Shown piece by piece: positions 49,313 to 51,591 of a stretch of 51,591 nt of DNA (position 1 is the first letter of the stretch; each line of letters opens with the position of its first letter). The position numbers were made by a program, and so were the translations under genes. The notes beneath the pieces are model-generated. The model ran no database searches and was not told where the DNA came from. It worked only from the letters and a program-made list of their open reading frames with translations. This DNA comes from Chiloscyllium plagiosum (lineage: Eukaryota): contig NC_057755.1 in NCBI RefSeq assembly GCF_004010195.1, positions 2,362,592-2,414,182 of the forward strand, written 5' to 3'.

Positions 49313-50076
49313 CTGAAAGGCAAAGAAAGAAAAAGAAAAGACATGAAGTTACTGATCAAATATTCTCTGTGCCGGATGGATTTAGCACAAAGATGTTTGT
49401 ATGTCATATTGTCTGAACCATTACAGTTATCACTGTCAAATGAATTATTTTCACTTTTAAAAAATGTAGGTAATCACATAAGGAACAAATGACTTTCAGA
49501 AACATGATTATATATTCGATATTTTTAGAGCAGTCAATAATTAATTTCTTCTGCTTTTCAGCTTACTCTGATTGGCTGGATTTGCTCATAAGATCACAAC
49601 ATCCAAACAACACCACCCGGGATCAATGAAGAATGGAAGACACCAAACACAGACATCAATTACAAAATTTCTGCACTCGGTTGTGGAGTCTCCACAACTC
49701 AGACTGCATTCAGAATTGCACATCCACACTGCATAACTATGGTACAGGGCAGCGAATACTTCCAGCGTCCTGGAATGGATGCCCTCTACAGTGTGAATGA
49801 AGAAATTATAGGGTATTGAACTGCTACCCCTCCCAGCGCCACCCCTTCCCACCCCCTTCACACACACACTTGTACAGGATTGAACATAATGACAATCTGA
49901 AACATGGAAGTTTTCAGCAGGCAATCCAACCACCATGTCCCAGGTTAGGTACACCCTACAATCAGAAGAATGGAAATATTTGGTATGGACTCCCCCCCAT
50001 AATGTTAAAGATTGTATACCACAGCCCCCACTCAAGTAAAATCTGAATTAATGCAGCTTTGGTCATTGCAAATTTC

Positions 50077-50576
50077 NNNNNNNNNNNNNNNNNNNNNNNN
50101 NNNNNNNNNNNNNNNNNNNNNNNNNNNNNNNNNNNNNNNNNNNNNNNNNNNNNNNNNNNNNNNNNNNNNNNNNNNNNNNNNNNNNNNNNNNNNNNNNNNN
50201 NNNNNNNNNNNNNNNNNNNNNNNNNNNNNNNNNNNNNNNNNNNNNNNNNNNNNNNNNNNNNNNNNNNNNNNNNNNNNNNNNNNNNNNNNNNNNNNNNNNN
50301 NNNNNNNNNNNNNNNNNNNNNNNNNNNNNNNNNNNNNNNNNNNNNNNNNNNNNNNNNNNNNNNNNNNNNNNNNNNNNNNNNNNNNNNNNNNNNNNNNNNN
50401 NNNNNNNNNNNNNNNNNNNNNNNNNNNNNNNNNNNNNNNNNNNNNNNNNNNNNNNNNNNNNNNNNNNNNNNNNNNNNNNNNNNNNNNNNNNNNNNNNNNN
50501 NNNNNNNNNNNNNNNNNNNNNNNNNNNNNNNNNNNNNNNNNNNNNNNNNNNNNNNNNNNNNNNNNNNNNNNNNNNN
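50077..50576. other. Assembly gap (500 N)
   Basis: N run. Confidence 1.
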
Positions 50577-50711
50577 ATCTTGGATTTGGAAGATGCTTTC
50601 TAAGGAGCACTGGTGAATTTCTGCAGAATGTGTTGTCAACGAGACACAATGATGCTACTGAACACCAGCATGTTTGTGGATGTAGTGCCAATCAAATTGA
50701 TTACCTCGTCT

Positions 50712-50915
50712 TAAAAAACAAAGTGCTGGAGAAACTCAGTAGGCATGATATAACTGTGAAGAGAGAAAGAGAATGAATGTCTCTGGTGGAATTAATGACT
50801 TCTCTCTAGAAATGTTCTGAAGAAGAGTTATATTGACCTCAAAAGTTTCACTCTTTATTTCTCTCCATATATGCTGCCAGGTTTGCTGAAAATTTCCAGC
50901 AGGTTATGTTTCTAT
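50712..50915. mobile_element. Old inverted pair of Penelope-like termini (palindromic remnant)
   Basis: TGCTGGAGAAACTCAG..AGAGAAAGAG on the left mirrors CTCTTTATTTCTCT..CTGAAAATTTCCAGCA on the right; CTGAAGA at 50817-50823. Confidence 0.5.
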
Positions 50916-50999
50916 GTTCGATTTCAAGTGTATGTAGCATAGTGGTTTTATATGACTGCTTGCTCATGCTGGTATCCCATTTGGTGAGGGTTGTTGGGT

Positions 51000-51540
51000 A
51001 CACACGTGTCCAGACAAGTGGGGACTAGTCCATCACTTTCCTGATGAGTGACATGTAGATAGTGAAGAGACATTCAGTGTCACACAATGCATTAGCCGCT
51101 GCAGTATTCTTACCCTCTGACCTGTGTGTGTAGTCACAGTATGTATATTGTAAGTCCAGTTCATTTTCAGCTCAATAGTAACTCCCAGGTTGTTAATCGT
51201 AGGGGATTCAGTATCAGCAAAGCCACTGAATGTAAAGAGGCATTATTTAGGTGATCTCTTATTGGAAGTGGTAATTGCTTGGCATTTGTGAGGCACAAAC
51301 ATTAATTGCACTTGTCAGTCCAGAGCTGGAAGTTGCCAGGATCATGCTGCATTGCAACATGGAGTATCTGGGGAGTTATGAATGCTGCCAAACATTGTGC
51401 GTTTATCGGTGAGCATTGTGACTTTTGACATTATGATTGAGGGAAGGTCAGTCACTAAAGGTAGTTAGGCCTAGGTCACAATATTCATGAACTTCTGCAG
51501 GGAGGTCCTGGAGCTTAGATGGCTGACCTCGAACCCGAAC
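51000..51540 (-). mobile_element. Old CR1/L2-type LINE fragment
   Basis: Reverse-complement similarity to 7121-7400 and 24275-24500. Confidence 0.5.
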
Positions 51541-51591
51541 CAATTTCTGTGGGTTTGGAGTCACTTGTAGTCGAACCAGATCATGTTAGAA

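Overview
Eukaryotic, repeat-rich vertebrate DNA from a draft assembly with three N-gaps. The repeat content (V-SINEs with (TCTAA)n tails, abundant CR1 LINEs with SGNH-esterase ORF1, Penelope-type termini) points to a shark or other cartilaginous fish; this is an inference. The host genes form a cluster of three paralogous class A GPCRs of the GPR139/GPR142-like type. Gene 1 is apparently intact and has two exons on the minus strand: a 67-nt exon 1 at 20357-20423 that the ORF track misses, and exon 2 at 10578-11440, giving 309 aa. Gene 2 (plus strand, 26732-27615) has a single in-frame TGA. Gene 3 (minus strand, 48425-49312) is a multiply disabled pseudogene. The rest of the window holds nested CR1, Tx1/L1, Rex/Babar and Penelope-like fragments, many with minimal hammerhead-ribozyme motifs, plus SINEs and a tRNA-Gly(TCC) pseudogene. 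There are also mini/satellites (36, ~44, 54 and 80 bp units) and recent rearrangements: a ~2-kb-arm inverted duplication, a 666-bp tandem duplication, and a ~1-kb duplication with a templated CR1 insert at its junction. All family assignments come from motif recognition by eye; no searches were run.
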